Assembly: GCA_038882975.1 (NCBI GenBank)
Contig: JAVZNE010000002.1
Coordinates: forward strand, 96,001 to 160,000
Origin: Candidatus Bathyarchaeia archaeon
GTDB lineage: Archaea; Thermoproteota; Bathyarchaeia; Bathyarchaeales; Bathycorpusculaceae
DNA: 64,000 bases
Direction: 5' to 3'
The notes under the pieces were generated by a model. It saw nothing but the letters and a program-made list of their open reading frames with translations, was not told the DNA's origin and made no database searches. Every line of letters begins with the position of its first letter. Positions within the stretch are counted from its first letter, which is position 1. This document shows, one piece after another, positions 1 to 9,452 of the stretch. The position numbers and the translations under genes are program-made.

Positions 1-937
1 CACCAAGCACTTCAAACCTAAACAAAGCCGATTTATACCAGTTAATTCCCGGATTTTTGCTCACTTTAAAGCCCAAATCATAGGCGAATTCTTCGTAGTT
101 GGCAGTGCCATAATCCATCGGGTACACGGAAAAGCCTTGAATAATGTCCGTGATTACACATTTCATTTTGGCAAGCAACTTCTGAACAACCAGCCACTTT
201 TTCAACGAGGCTTCGTAATGGGTTAAACCAAAATATCCCACGCCGCTTTCTTTGAGGCAAGCTACACCCCTCGTTATAAAGGCCTTTAAGCCAGAAACCG
301 TTTCGAGAGGCTCCGAAGAGAATACATCGAATTTCCTTCGAAGCTCCTTCGGCAACGGTTCAGCCACATTGTATTCAACAAATTCTATGTTAAAGCCATA
401 ATCCTTATTGACTTCTTGCAAGAAATCGCCCAACCGCTTGTCAATGTCTAAGACAGTTATGCGGGAAGGCAAACCAGTTAGAGCTAAGGCAATGCTCAAT
501 AGGTCGTCATCACCAATCAAAACGATTTCTTTTTGATCTAGGTCCCCATAATAGTGCATTAGGGCTGCCCGCGCAACCACATCTTGCTCAAGCATGTAAC
601 CCTGGAAAAAGTTAAGGGAAGGACTTGGCCTTTTTTCAGCAATCTTCTTGAACTTTTCGAGAACTTCCTTGAACTTTGCCTCGGGAATTATCCGCTTGCC
701 AAGGCATGAAGGGCAGATTTTTCCCTCAAAGTCTAGGCTTCTTGGGCTGATTTTTTCTTTGCCCTTCTCGGTTATATAGAAGCCGTTTTCATCAGTGGCG
801 ATAAGCCTTTCGCTATTTAGTCTTTTAAGCGCTGCTACAAAGTCCTTCAAGGGGCTGTTAATCTTGTCCAGAAGCTCCCAGAAGGTTTTCCTTGAAACTG
901 CAAGTTCACGAAGTATTCTGGCTTCCAACCTCTCCAA
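1..937 (-). CDS. bpsA: N4-bis(aminopropyl)spermidine synthase (branched-chain polyamine synthase, DUF43 family), 3' end runs off the window
   Basis: Absent from ORF track. Manual translation from TTG at 937 (SD-like AGGAGG upstream) gives MERLEARILRELA...FFQGYMLEQDVVARAALMHYYGDLDQKEIVLIGDDDLLSIALALTGLPSRITVLDIDKRL...NWYKSALFR. GDDD and LDID are characteristic of BpsA; it lies directly downstream of AdoMetDC. Confidence 0.88.
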   Translation of the reverse strand, partial: MERLEARILRELAVSRKTFWELLDKINSPLKDFVAALKRLNSERLIATDENGFYITEKGKEKISPRSLDFEGKICPSCLGKRIIPEAKFKEVLEKFKKIAEKRPSPSLNFFQGYMLEQDVVARAALMHYYGDLDQKEIVLIGDDDLLSIALALTGLPSRITVLDIDKRLGDFLQEVNKDYGFNIEFVEYNVAEPLPKELRRKFDVFSSEPLETVSGLKAFITRGVACLKESGVGYFGLTHYEASLKKWLVVQKLLAKMKCVITDIIQGFSVYPMDYGTANYEEFAYDLGFKVSKNPGINWYKSALFRFEVLG

Positions 938-1271
938 TAATATCCCTCCTAATAACACGTTTCTCAACACTTTTGGGCTGAAACTCCTCCAGCAACAATT
1001 CAAAAGCCTTCAAGGCCGGACCGTCATCACCACATGTGAAAATATCTAAAGCTACATAACCATACTCAGGCCATGTGTGAACACTCAAGTGCGACTCACT
1101 TAGGAGATAAATGGCGGAAACCCCATAAGGCTCAAACTGATGAAAACTTGAAGAAATAACATGCAAACCAGATTTAGCAACTACCCTATCCAAAACCACC
1201 CGAAGCTCTTCCGCTCTTGAAATCTTCCGGGGATCCACACCCCGAAATTCGGCGATAATGTGGATGCCCAT
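906..1271 (-). CDS. speD: S-adenosylmethionine decarboxylase proenzyme (pyruvoyl-dependent)
   Basis: LSESHLSVHTWPE self-cleavage motif and LDIFTCG; ATG at 1271 preceded by GGGTG; coupled to bpsA. Confidence 0.93.
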   Translation of the reverse strand: MGIHIIAEFRGVDPRKISRAEELRVVLDRVVAKSGLHVISSSFHQFEPYGVSAIYLLSESHLSVHTWPEYGYVALDIFTCGDDGPALKAFELLLEEFQPKSVEKRVIRRDIIGEVGSQNTS

Positions 1272-1436
1272 ATCGAACACCCAGCATTATCGTCGAACTC
1301 GGAAGCATGTTCCGCATGGTTTTAGGCCAACTATGCATACGTTTTCTATCCTCTGAGATTTTCCCGAAAATTTTCCTTTTATAAATTTTTTGCTGCCTAA
1401 ACCTCAACATTAAAGATACACAATAACCTTATCGCT

Positions 1437-1916
1437 TCAAATTTTGGGCATAGACTCCTTAAACTTTTGCAAATTCATCGGGATGAGAACCTCCCTCTTT
1501 AACAGTTCGCATGGCCAATGTTTACATTCATCACAGTATTTAATTCCCCTCTTTGCGGCACACACTCTTCTTTTCGTCAACCACTTTTCCTTAGCTTTAA
1601 GAAACTTTGAAATACCCTTTTCTTTTATTTGCTTCATGTTACACCAAACGTCTAAAAACCATGCACTTGACTCTAATGTTTCTGCTTTGAAGAAATCGAA
1701 AGGCTTGCATGGGAAACTTTTGCAGTCTAAACATATTGTAAGGTTTTTGCTAGCTGCACATTTGTAGATCTTGCAGTATTTTTGATATTCTTTGCTTAAG
1801 CCTTTACCGCTTCTGCAACCCTCACACTCGCCTCTGAGTAAGCCAGTACACTCGCCACAGTAAAGACCACAGGGAGCAACAAGATTCCAATCTGTTGTTT
1901 TCAAGTTGTCAACCAC
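1437..1916 (-). CDS. Cys-rich DUF3795-like metal-binding protein
   Basis: APCGLYCGEC...CEGC...CKIYKCA...CLDCKSFPC pattern with a second YCDECKHWPC unit; GTG at 1916 chosen to avoid overlap with argF. Confidence 0.7.
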   Translation of the reverse strand: MVDNLKTTDWNLVAPCGLYCGECTGLLRGECEGCRSGKGLSKEYQKYCKIYKCAASKNLTICLDCKSFPCKPFDFFKAETLESSAWFLDVWCNMKQIKEKGISKFLKAKEKWLTKRRVCAAKRGIKYCDECKHWPCELLKREVLIPMNLQKFKESMPKI

Positions 1917-1929
1917 ATGGTGCTCTAAC

Positions 1930-2844
1930 TTAGAATTTTTCAAGCAGTTTAAGCAATATAGCTTTCGCTGAGTAGAGGCGATTCTCGCTTTGCTCATAGA
2001 TAATCGAGTTTGGGCTCTCTATGATGTCTGCGCTTATCTCGTAGCCTCTGTGGATTGGCATGTCATGCATTATGTAGGCGCCGCTTCCCCGCAGTAGCTC
2101 CTTATTTATTTGATATGGCATCATAAGTTTGATGCGCTTTTCCTTTTCAGCGGCGAACTTCGGATCTGTGAAAAATTCCATGTCAACCCATGTGTCAGTG
2201 TAAACGAAGTCCGCGTCCTTTACGGCTTCCTTAACGTCCAATGTGGTCTCATAAAGTCCGGTTTTCTTAGCCTCCTCTAAAAGTTCATCGTCCCTTGAAG
2301 GTTCATTGAAAATTGGCGTTACAGTGGTTATTTTCACACCTGTTTTTGTGCATCCTTCAATGAGGGAGTTGCAGACGTTGTTATGAACCCCTATGTAAAC
2401 AAGCTTTAAACCCTTCAGCTTGCCTTTCTTCTCCTTCATGGTCATTAGGTCTGCTATTGCTTGGCTTGGATGATATTTTTCATCGCAACCATTTATTACC
2501 GGAACACGGGAGGCTTTAGCCATTACTTGTAGGTCGGCGTTTCGCAGAAGCCTTGCCATTATGCAGTCAACATTTCGAGACAAGTATTGTGTTTCGTCGC
2601 ATATGTCGGCTATTGTAAAGTTTGTTGTTCTCCAATCGATGTAAAGTGCATGGCCCCCAAGCTGTGTCATGGCAACCTCAAAAGAGACCCTGGTTCGTGT
2701 GGAGGTTTTCTGAAATATCATGGCCAGTGATTTGCCATCTAAAGCCCTTCGATATTTTTCTGGGTTTTGCTTCACCTCAATGGCCTTATCAATTATCTCC
2801 AAAAGTTGTTGCCCAGACAAATTTTTGAAGTTAATTAGATGCAT
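1930..2844 (-). CDS. argF: Ornithine carbamoyltransferase-family enzyme
   Basis: STRTRVSFE and HPSQ carbamoyl-phosphate motifs, EQSENR; variant HDMP/DTWVDME motifs. Confidence 0.8.
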   Translation of the reverse strand: MHLINFKNLSGQQLLEIIDKAIEVKQNPEKYRRALDGKSLAMIFQKTSTRTRVSFEVAMTQLGGHALYIDWRTTNFTIADICDETQYLSRNVDCIMARLLRNADLQVMAKASRVPVINGCDEKYHPSQAIADLMTMKEKKGKLKGLKLVYIGVHNNVCNSLIEGCTKTGVKITTVTPIFNEPSRDDELLEEAKKTGLYETTLDVKEAVKDADFVYTDTWVDMEFFTDPKFAAEKEKRIKLMMPYQINKELLRGSGAYIMHDMPIHRGYEISADIIESPNSIIYEQSENRLYSAKAILLKLLEKF

Positions 2845-2947
2845 TTTGTTTTCACCAGCTTAAACCTAAGGCTTCAACAGTTTTAAGCATTATAAGTTTT
2901 ATGGAAACCTTTATCTCTAAACGGGACATCTTGCAGTTGAGAATGAG

Positions 2948-3757
2948 ATGATTTTGATAGTTGCTTCGACAAAGGATTTGGCAAGCGTAAACATTACAAA
3001 ACAGATTTTAGGCAACTACCCTTTTAAGCTGGTCAAAAAAGGAGTTTACAACGCCGAAGTTCATGGTCGAAAAGTTGAACTTGTAATACTGAATGAGGAG
3101 TTAGTTTATGCACAGAACATCGCAATACTTCACCCTTCAATAGACCTTGTTATTTTTGTTTCAAGGCATAGTAGTCTAAGTGGGACACCAACGCTGTCGG
3201 TGCATACCCCCGGAAACCTTGGAGATGCGGACTTGGGGGGAATCCCGAGAAAGGTGTCCATAGCTCCGGCCGCCGCTATGAAAACGGCGCTGAGCACTAT
3301 GGCGCAGCTCGTTGAAGAAAGGCGTTTAAATTATAAAGTCTCCTACGAGTGTACCCACCATGGTCCATCATTGGATGTGCCGGCAATGTTCGCCGAATTA
3401 GGAAGCACCCCAAAAGACTGGGAAGATCTAAAGGCGGCGGAAGTTGTTGCACACGCCACTATGAGGGCAGTAGCAGATTTTGACAAGCAGACCAGCAGGG
3501 TTGTACTTGGCATCGGAGGACCACATTACAACGAAAAATTTACTAAAATGGCTTTAAAGGATGATATAGCCTTTGGTCACATCGTGCCAAAATATGCTGC
3601 TGCCAAGATTGATGAGGCTATTTTGAGGCAGTGTGCTGAAAGAACTTTGGAAAAGGTTGAGTTTGCTGTTTTGGACTGGAAGGGAATAAAGGGCGAAGAC
3701 AAGCCGAATATTGTTCAGCTGCTTAATAAGATAGGGCTGAAATTCCAAAAAGTTTAA
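2948..3757 (+). CDS. dtdA: D-aminoacyl-tRNA deacylase (archaeal DTD2)
   Basis: SRHSS, LSVHTPGN, ECTHHGPS, GGPHY motifs; position upstream of secE. Confidence 0.92.
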   Translation: MILIVASTKDLASVNITKQILGNYPFKLVKKGVYNAEVHGRKVELVILNEELVYAQNIAILHPSIDLVIFVSRHSSLSGTPTLSVHTPGNLGDADLGGIPRKVSIAPAAAMKTALSTMAQLVEERRLNYKVSYECTHHGPSLDVPAMFAELGSTPKDWEDLKAAEVVAHATMRAVADFDKQTSRVVLGIGGPHYNEKFTKMALKDDIAFGHIVPKYAAAKIDEAILRQCAERTLEKVEFAVLDWKGIKGEDKPNIVQLLNKIGLKFQKV

Positions 3758-3849
3758 CAACCCTGCGGCTTTTACATTAACGCTTGGATAGAAAGGTTAA
3801 TAGAAATGCGTGTTTATCTGTATCAAATCGCAATTTGCTGGTTGGCGAA

Positions 3850-4017
3850 ATGGGTTTAAGGTCCTTCCTATCCCAATGCGCAAGAACATTAAAACTTGCA
3901 GTCAAGCCGGGAAGAAGCGAGCTGTGGCTATCGATAAAAATATGCTTCTTAGGCATAGGAGCCGTTGGACTAATAGGCTTTATAATAGCCATGCTGACGA
4001 GGCTAATACCGTTTTAA
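3850..4017 (+). CDS. secE: Protein translocase subunit SecE/Sec61-gamma
   Basis: LKLAVKPGRSE followed by one TM helix (GIGAVGLIGFII); directly upstream of spt5. Confidence 0.88.
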   Translation: MGLRSFLSQCARTLKLAVKPGRSELWLSIKICFLGIGAVGLIGFIIAMLTRLIPF

Positions 4018-4023
4018 ACTAAA

Positions 4024-4512
4024 ATGGAGCTGAAAACCTTGGAAAAATTACCCACAAAAATTTTCGCCGTAAGAACCACGACTGGCCAAGAAAGAAATGT
4101 AGCCAAGCTCGTTGCAGCGAGAATAGAAATGAACAAAATACCAATAAAAGCCATTCTCGTTCCAGACACGTTGAGGGGTTATATTTTCATGGAGGCAGAA
4201 GGCCCCCACTTTGTTGAGCAAGCCATAGCTGGCATAAAGCACGTAAGATCAAGAGTTCCGGACTTCGTTAGCTTTTCTGAAATTGAAAAGTATGTTGTTA
4301 GAAAACCCATCATAGAAGAGTTACATGAAAACGACATAGTTGAAGTTACAGACGGCCCCTTCAAAGGGATGCGGGCTAAAATCACACGCATCGACAGAAC
4401 AAAGGAGGAAGTAACGCTGGAACTTCTTGAAGCCACTTTTACGCTTCCAATAACTGTTCATTCAGATTATGTGAAGCTTATTGAAAAAGCAAAGACTGAG
4501 GGAGGCGCATAA
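4024..4512 (+). CDS. spt5: Transcription elongation factor Spt5/NusG
   Basis: NGN domain ([13 protein letters not shown]) plus KOW (GPFKG). Confidence 0.95.
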   Translation: MELKTLEKLPTKIFAVRTTTGQERNVAKLVAARIEMNKIPIKAILVPDTLRGYIFMEAEGPHFVEQAIAGIKHVRSRVPDFVSFSEIEKYVVRKPIIEELHENDIVEVTDGPFKGMRAKITRIDRTKEEVTLELLEATFTLPITVHSDYVKLIEKAKTEGGA

Positions 4513-4514
4513 AC

Positions 4515-5009
4515 ATGAGCGAGAAAAAGGTTGTGGAGCTGCTTGTAAGCGGAGGCCAAGCAACGGCTGGTCCGCCATTAGGTCCGGCGCTGGGACCTCT
4601 TGGCGTTAACGTCATGGCTGTGGTGAACAAGATTAATGAGCTTACAAAGGATTATGCCGGAATGAAGGTTCCAGTGAAGGTCACCGTTGACCCTGAAACA
4701 AAAACCTTCGAAGTTAGTGTCGGAACGCCTACAGCCTCAGCCCTCATTGTCAGCGAGTTAAAAATTGAGAAAGGTTCTGGAAACCCAAAGGCACAGAAGG
4801 TTGGAAATTTAACAATGCAGCAGCTTATCCGCATAACGAAGATAAAGCGTCCAGAGCTGCTTTCGAAGACGCTGAAATCTGCGGCTAAGGAAATCCTTGG
4901 AACATGCGTCAGTATGGGTGTAACCGTAGAGGGGAAGGACCCGAAAGAGGTTATGCGGGAAATCGACGAGGGGAAATATGACAAAATATTTGCTGAGAGC
5001 GAAGCGTAA
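4515..5009 (+). CDS. rpl11: 50S ribosomal protein uL11
   Basis: [12 protein letters not shown]; GTCVSMGV. Confidence 0.97.
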   Translation: MSEKKVVELLVSGGQATAGPPLGPALGPLGVNVMAVVNKINELTKDYAGMKVPVKVTVDPETKTFEVSVGTPTASALIVSELKIEKGSGNPKAQKVGNLTMQQLIRITKIKRPELLSKTLKSAAKEILGTCVSMGVTVEGKDPKEVMREIDEGKYDKIFAESEA

Positions 5010-5062
5010 AGGAACATTTTTATAAGGGCTTTATAATCCATCAATGGCACGGAGCCAGCAAA

Positions 5063-5716
5063 ATGCCAATAGAACAGAAAACACTGCTTTCAGCCTTAAA
5101 AGAGGCAAAAGAGAAAAGCGGTAAGAGAAACTTCACCCAGTCAGTTGAGCTTATCTTGAACTTACAAGACATTGACATGAAATCCCCGGAAGGAAGGCTT
5201 CAAGAAAACGTGGAGTTGCCCTATCCGCCACCAGAGAAAACAAACAAGATCTGCGTAATTGCCACTGGCGAACTTGCTCTTAAAGCGAAAAGGGCTAATG
5301 CAGACCTGGTGCTGGATAGGGCTGAACTTGAAGGATTAGCTGGAAAGAAGAAGGACTTGCGGAAACTAGCCAATGAATACGACTTCTTCATAGCTGAAGC
5401 CCCCCTAATGCCACTGGTAGGTAAGGTTTTAGGCCCCGCCCTTGGACCGAGAGGGAAAATGCCCATACCAGTTCCGCCAACAGCAGACATTGAAAGTTTG
5501 CTAAACAAGTACCGCAGAACAATCGTTGTTAGAATGCGCAACCAGCCAGTAATCCAGTGCCGAGTTGGAACGGAAAACATGAAAGAGGAAGAGCTAGCTG
5601 AAAACATACAAGCAGTCTTAAGGGTTGTTGAGGGGAAACTGAAAAGGGGAATGAAAAACATTAAATCAGTCTGCATAAAAACAACCATGGGCACACCAGT
5701 AAAGATTAAGCTATAA
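5063..5716 (+). CDS. rpl1: 50S ribosomal protein uL1
   Basis: KRNFTQSVEL, LGPRGKMP, KTTMG. Confidence 0.97.
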   Translation: MPIEQKTLLSALKEAKEKSGKRNFTQSVELILNLQDIDMKSPEGRLQENVELPYPPPEKTNKICVIATGELALKAKRANADLVLDRAELEGLAGKKKDLRKLANEYDFFIAEAPLMPLVGKVLGPALGPRGKMPIPVPPTADIESLLNKYRRTIVVRMRNQPVIQCRVGTENMKEEELAENIQAVLRVVEGKLKRGMKNIKSVCIKTTMGTPVKIKL

Positions 5717-5729
5717 AGAGGGGAAGCGT

Positions 5730-6605
5730 CTGCCGTCCCAACAAGTTTTGAAAGAAAAAATCGACGAGGTCGAAGAAATAACAAAAATTCTTAACCAATA
5801 TAGAGTGGTGGGCATAGCAAGCCTCCAGAAGGTTAGGGCTTCCCAGCTTCAAGAGTTTAAGAAAAAGTTGGCGGCAGACGTTTACATGCGAGTCGTAAAG
5901 AACACATTAATGAAAAGAGCTATTGAAAACTGTAAAGAAAAACAGGGACTGGAAAAACTGGAGAAATACTTGACAGGACCAAACGTCTTCCTCTTCACAA
6001 ACTTAAACCCATTTAAATTGGCGTTGCTTCTTGAAAAGGGAAAAGTTCGCCTAACAGCAAAGGCGGGTGATATAGCTTCTTTCGATGTCATAGTTCCAGC
6101 GGGAAATACTGGACAACCTCCAGGACCAATAATAAGCCAGTTGAACGCTGTGGGTTTGCCGACAAGAATTGAGGCTGGAAGCGTGTGGATAACAAAAGAC
6201 ACTTTGGTGGCGCGCAAAGGCGAAGTAATTTCCGACAAACTTGCAAGCGTTTTGTCGAAACTTGGAATAAAACCCGTTGAAGCAGGTCTCATAATGAAGG
6301 CTGTATACGACGAAGGCTTAATCATAGAAGGAGAACAGCTCAAGATAGATTTAGAGGAAACCAAGAAACAGTTTGAATCTGCCCATGCTGAAGCCTTTAA
6401 ACTGTCAATAGGTGTGGCTTACCCGACAAAGGAAAATGTACAAGTCTTAATCCACATCGCCCACCAAGAGGCATATTCTCTCTCGCTAGGTGCAGCTATA
6501 CCAACCAAAGAAACAATAAAAGACCTTATCAGGAAGGCTTATGCCGAAATGTTAAGCTTAAGTATGAGAATTCCCAATTTGGGAGAGGAAACGAAGCAAA
6601 GTTAA
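5730..6605 (+). CDS. rpl10: 50S ribosomal protein uL10 (P0)
   Basis: VVKNTLM, GNTGQPPGP, KLGIKP motifs. Start is either TTG 5748 (track) or in-frame CTG 5730 behind GAGGGG. Confidence 0.95.
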   Translation: MPSQQVLKEKIDEVEEITKILNQYRVVGIASLQKVRASQLQEFKKKLAADVYMRVVKNTLMKRAIENCKEKQGLEKLEKYLTGPNVFLFTNLNPFKLALLLEKGKVRLTAKAGDIASFDVIVPAGNTGQPPGPIISQLNAVGLPTRIEAGSVWITKDTLVARKGEVISDKLASVLSKLGIKPVEAGLIMKAVYDEGLIIEGEQLKIDLEETKKQFESAHAEAFKLSIGVAYPTKENVQVLIHIAHQEAYSLSLGAAIPTKETIKDLIRKAYAEMLSLSMRIPNLGEETKQS

Positions 6606-6632
6606 AATGGTTTAGGTAGAGGTGAAAAATGT

Positions 6633-6959
6633 ATGGAATACATTTACGCTGCAATGCTCCTCCACAAAGCTGGAAAACAAATAAACGAAGAAAACCTAAC
6701 ACAGGTTCTGACCGCAGCAGGAATAAATGTTGACGCCGTCAGAGTTAAAGCCCTAGTAGCCTCACTCTCAGAGGTCAACATAGACGAAGTTATAAAGGCA
6801 GCACCAACAATGATGGCAGCACCAGCCGCTGTACCAGCAGCCGCAGCACCAGCAGCAGCAGAAGCTAAACCTAAAGAGGAAGAGAAGAAAAAGAAGGAAG
6901 AAGAGGAGAAAGCCAGAGAAGAAGCAGCGCTTGAGGGGCTTGGAGCACTCTTCGGCTAA
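6633..6959 (+). CDS. rpl12: 50S ribosomal protein P1/L12
   Basis: [11 protein letters not shown], Ala-rich hinge, C-terminal GLGALFG. Confidence 0.97.
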   Translation: MEYIYAAMLLHKAGKQINEENLTQVLTAAGINVDAVRVKALVASLSEVNIDEVIKAAPTMMAAPAAVPAAAAPAAAEAKPKEEEKKKKEEEEKAREEAALEGLGALFG

Positions 6960-7048
6960 ACACGCCTTTTATTTTTGCAGATTACTAGAAAACCAGTTTA
7001 TAGAAGCCTAGTAATGGATATAAACTTCGTTCCAAATAAACGGCTATC

Positions 7049-7462
7049 ATGAAGCTCTGCAGCGCCTGCTTGTTAGGTATAAGATGCAGATACGACGGAA
7101 GAGACGCCCTCAACGAAAAAGTTATCACGCTATTGAAAAAGGAAATTCTCATACCGGTATGCCCAGAACAGCTCGGCGGCTTACCAACGCCAAGGGAACC
7201 AGCGGAAATCAGAGGTGAAAAAGTAATCACTAGATTTGGAAAGGATGTAACAGAGAACTTTAAGCGTGGGGCTGAAGAGGTTTGGAAAATCGCGAAATTG
7301 TTCGGTGTGAGGGAGGCGGTTTTAAAACAGGGAAGCCCGTCATGTGGTTGCGGGCGCATTTATGATGGCACGTTTTCTGGCAAGATTATAGAAGGTGATG
7401 GTATCACCGCAGCCATGCTCAAAAAGCATGGAATTAAGGTGATAACTGAAGAAGACCTATAG
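7049..7462 (+). CDS. DUF523 family (2-thiouracil desulfurase-like) Fe-S protein
   Basis: SACLLG-CRYDG, PVCPEQLGGLPTPR, SPSCG motifs. Confidence 0.85.
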   Translation: MKLCSACLLGIRCRYDGRDALNEKVITLLKKEILIPVCPEQLGGLPTPREPAEIRGEKVITRFGKDVTENFKRGAEEVWKIAKLFGVREAVLKQGSPSCGCGRIYDGTFSGKIIEGDGITAAMLKKHGIKVITEEDL

Positions 7463-7485
7463 ATTCTGATTTGCGCTATACATTT

Positions 7486-8481
7486 TTATGTTTTTAAGTC
7501 TTTCAGTAACAGCAGAGGCAGCCATCCACAAATAATCATTAAGGTTCCGGGAAACGCCCTCAAGTTGAAATTCAATATTACTGCCTCAAAAATAAAGAAG
7601 GATGTCGCCATCGCAACAGCCGCCAGTAATGCAAGTTGTCGCCCATATTTCTTGCAGGTTTGCACGGTAATAAGTCCGGCAAAAAAGAAGTCTCCTAAAC
7701 CAAGTGACATGTAAAGGATTCCCCAGCTCGTCGTTATCACCGGAACTGTTGGCATGATAACAAGTACAGGTAGCCTTAAAGCGGAAACATGTGTCGCTGC
7801 CGAAACCATAGTTCCAGTTATAAGGACAAGAATTACATCTGCAACCGTTAAAAGCCCGGCAAAAATAAGTGTTGTTTTCCATGTGAAAAGTGTTCCCAGA
7901 TAAAGGGTTATTAAAATGGCGAACAATATGCCGTACATGTTAAGAAGGAATGGAAACCATATTGGGCTTCCGCTGTAGAAGACGTAGAGGATTATAAATA
8001 GGGCGGATGGTAGAAAAGCCAAATACCACCGCCGCCCAGTCTTCGTCCTTGTTTCTTCATAGGTTAGGGCTATGAAAGAAAAGCCAAGCATGCAATAGAA
8101 TGCCGCAGCCCCGTAAGCGGATAGCCCCCCTAATACGCTCATGTTGAAGAGGCTGACCGTCGCGGCTATAAAGCTGACTGTAAAAAAGCCAGCACAGAAG
8201 AGTTGGGCTTTGATTCTTCTTAAATCTGAAAAGATATATGTGAATATAAATAAAAGAGCAGCATAGGCGAACAGAAACATTGTCATAATAGCCATCTGCG
8301 GAACAAAAACCATAAGCGACACAGCTACACTTATAGCGGTTACGAGCAGAACAGCATCCTTAACGCCGAATTCCCTTTCCTCAAAAGTTATCTTCAGCTT
8401 TCTCTCAACCTTATCGTTTAGAAACGTTGCTGCTAAGGTGACCGCAAAAAGCGTTAGCGGCATGGCAAAGTCAAAGTACAT
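7486..8481 (-). CDS. GxGD-type intramembrane aspartyl protease (presenilin/SPP-like)
   Basis: Multi-TM protein with TM Asp (LTVADVIL), LGLGDFF and C-terminal FPGT in place of PAL; start uncertain (8481-8532). Confidence 0.7.
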   Translation of the reverse strand: MYFDFAMPLTLFAVTLAATFLNDKVERKLKITFEEREFGVKDAVLLVTAISVAVSLMVFVPQMAIMTMFLFAYAALLFIFTYIFSDLRRIKAQLFCAGFFTVSFIAATVSLFNMSVLGGLSAYGAAAFYCMLGFSFIALTYEETRTKTGRRWYLAFLPSALFIILYVFYSGSPIWFPFLLNMYGILFAILITLYLGTLFTWKTTLIFAGLLTVADVILVLITGTMVSAATHVSALRLPVLVIMPTVPVITTSWGILYMSLGLGDFFFAGLITVQTCKKYGRQLALLAAVAMATSFFIFEAVILNFNLRAFPGTLMIICGWLPLLLLKDLKT

Positions 8482-8513
8482 GAGCGCAAATAGGCTAAAC
8501 AAACATTTAAACC

Positions 8514-9368
8514 TTAAACCGTGAAAGTGCAATTAAAAACCGCCAAAGAAGCAATTAGTGCCTCTTCGGTTCGTACGGTTTCCGTCCACTGCCCCGGAAT
8601 GGTGTTAACGACAAAATCTACGATTTGGTCAAGTTTTAGTCCTTCTTGTTTCGCTACTTCATACAGCCCCTTTGCCGGCGCCCCGAAGGCTATTAATATT
8701 TTTTCCGCTTTTTCCCACTTTTCAGTGATTACGTCTTTAACATAGGTGAAGAGAGCTCCGTATTTTGATGTGGCTATTTTCAGGTCAAATTTTCTATCCT
8801 TTACCAGTTTTCCGAACGGGTCTTCCCAAATGGTTACTGTGTACCCCCAATAGTGTGGGACATCGCTGCGGTTTGCGAGGCTTGTCACAATATGCTTGTT
8901 TACGCCAGTTACCTTTACGGTTACCCGCTTTCCGAGAGGCAAACGTACGTCTGGAATTAGTGCAAGTTTATCCACGCCCACATCCACGAGCGTGCCTTTC
9001 TCCGACTTCGCCACCGTAACACCCTCTCGGTAGTCGCCAACTCTTAGGTCTGCTGCCCTTTTGCCTAAGGGATGGTGTGGTGTTCTTAAAGGTGGAAGAA
9101 TACCAGCATAGCGCAGTTCGGGTTTCAACTTGAACAGTTTCTTGCGCAAATACTGCGGAGTTTCCATGTAACTTAGTAGCGTAGCGATTAAATCTATGTC
9201 TGCCTTCTGGTTTAGTTTTAAGTCGTCCTTGTAAATTATTATTTCTTCAACTCCAAAAATGGCGGCTGCCCTCCCAATCAAGCCTATTTTTGAGGTTTTT
9301 TCTCGAAGATGTGGTGTGTCGGAAACAACAGATGCTGGAATGGCTATCGCGATACTTTTCCTTTGCAA
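8514..9368 (-). CDS. SPOUT-class RNA methyltransferase (DUF171/MTH1-like)
   Basis: YMETPQYLRK, GILPPLRTPHH, NTIPGQ-TETVRTEEA. Confidence 0.9.
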   Translation of the reverse strand: MQRKSIAIAIPASVVSDTPHLREKTSKIGLIGRAAAIFGVEEIIIYKDDLKLNQKADIDLIATLLSYMETPQYLRKKLFKLKPELRYAGILPPLRTPHHPLGKRAADLRVGDYREGVTVAKSEKGTLVDVGVDKLALIPDVRLPLGKRVTVKVTGVNKHIVTSLANRSDVPHYWGYTVTIWEDPFGKLVKDRKFDLKIATSKYGALFTYVKDVITEKWEKAEKILIAFGAPAKGLYEVAKQEGLKLDQIVDFVVNTIPGQWTETVRTEEALIASLAVFNCTFTV

Positions 9369-9452
9369 CTTTTACACCTTTCCGTTTTACTGTATGATGG
9401 CTTTTGCTTAAAAGCTAAAAGCAGACGGCCACTAACTGCATACCGATGCAAG

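Noticed and set aside
1186-1410. 74-aa ORF as an independent protein gene
   Set aside because: It spans the putative promoter and overlaps speD out of frame; kept only as a possible regulatory uORF.
6800-6930. GCA/GAA-rich low-complexity repeats
   Set aside because: These encode the ordinary Ala-rich hinge and acidic tail of ribosomal P1/L12.
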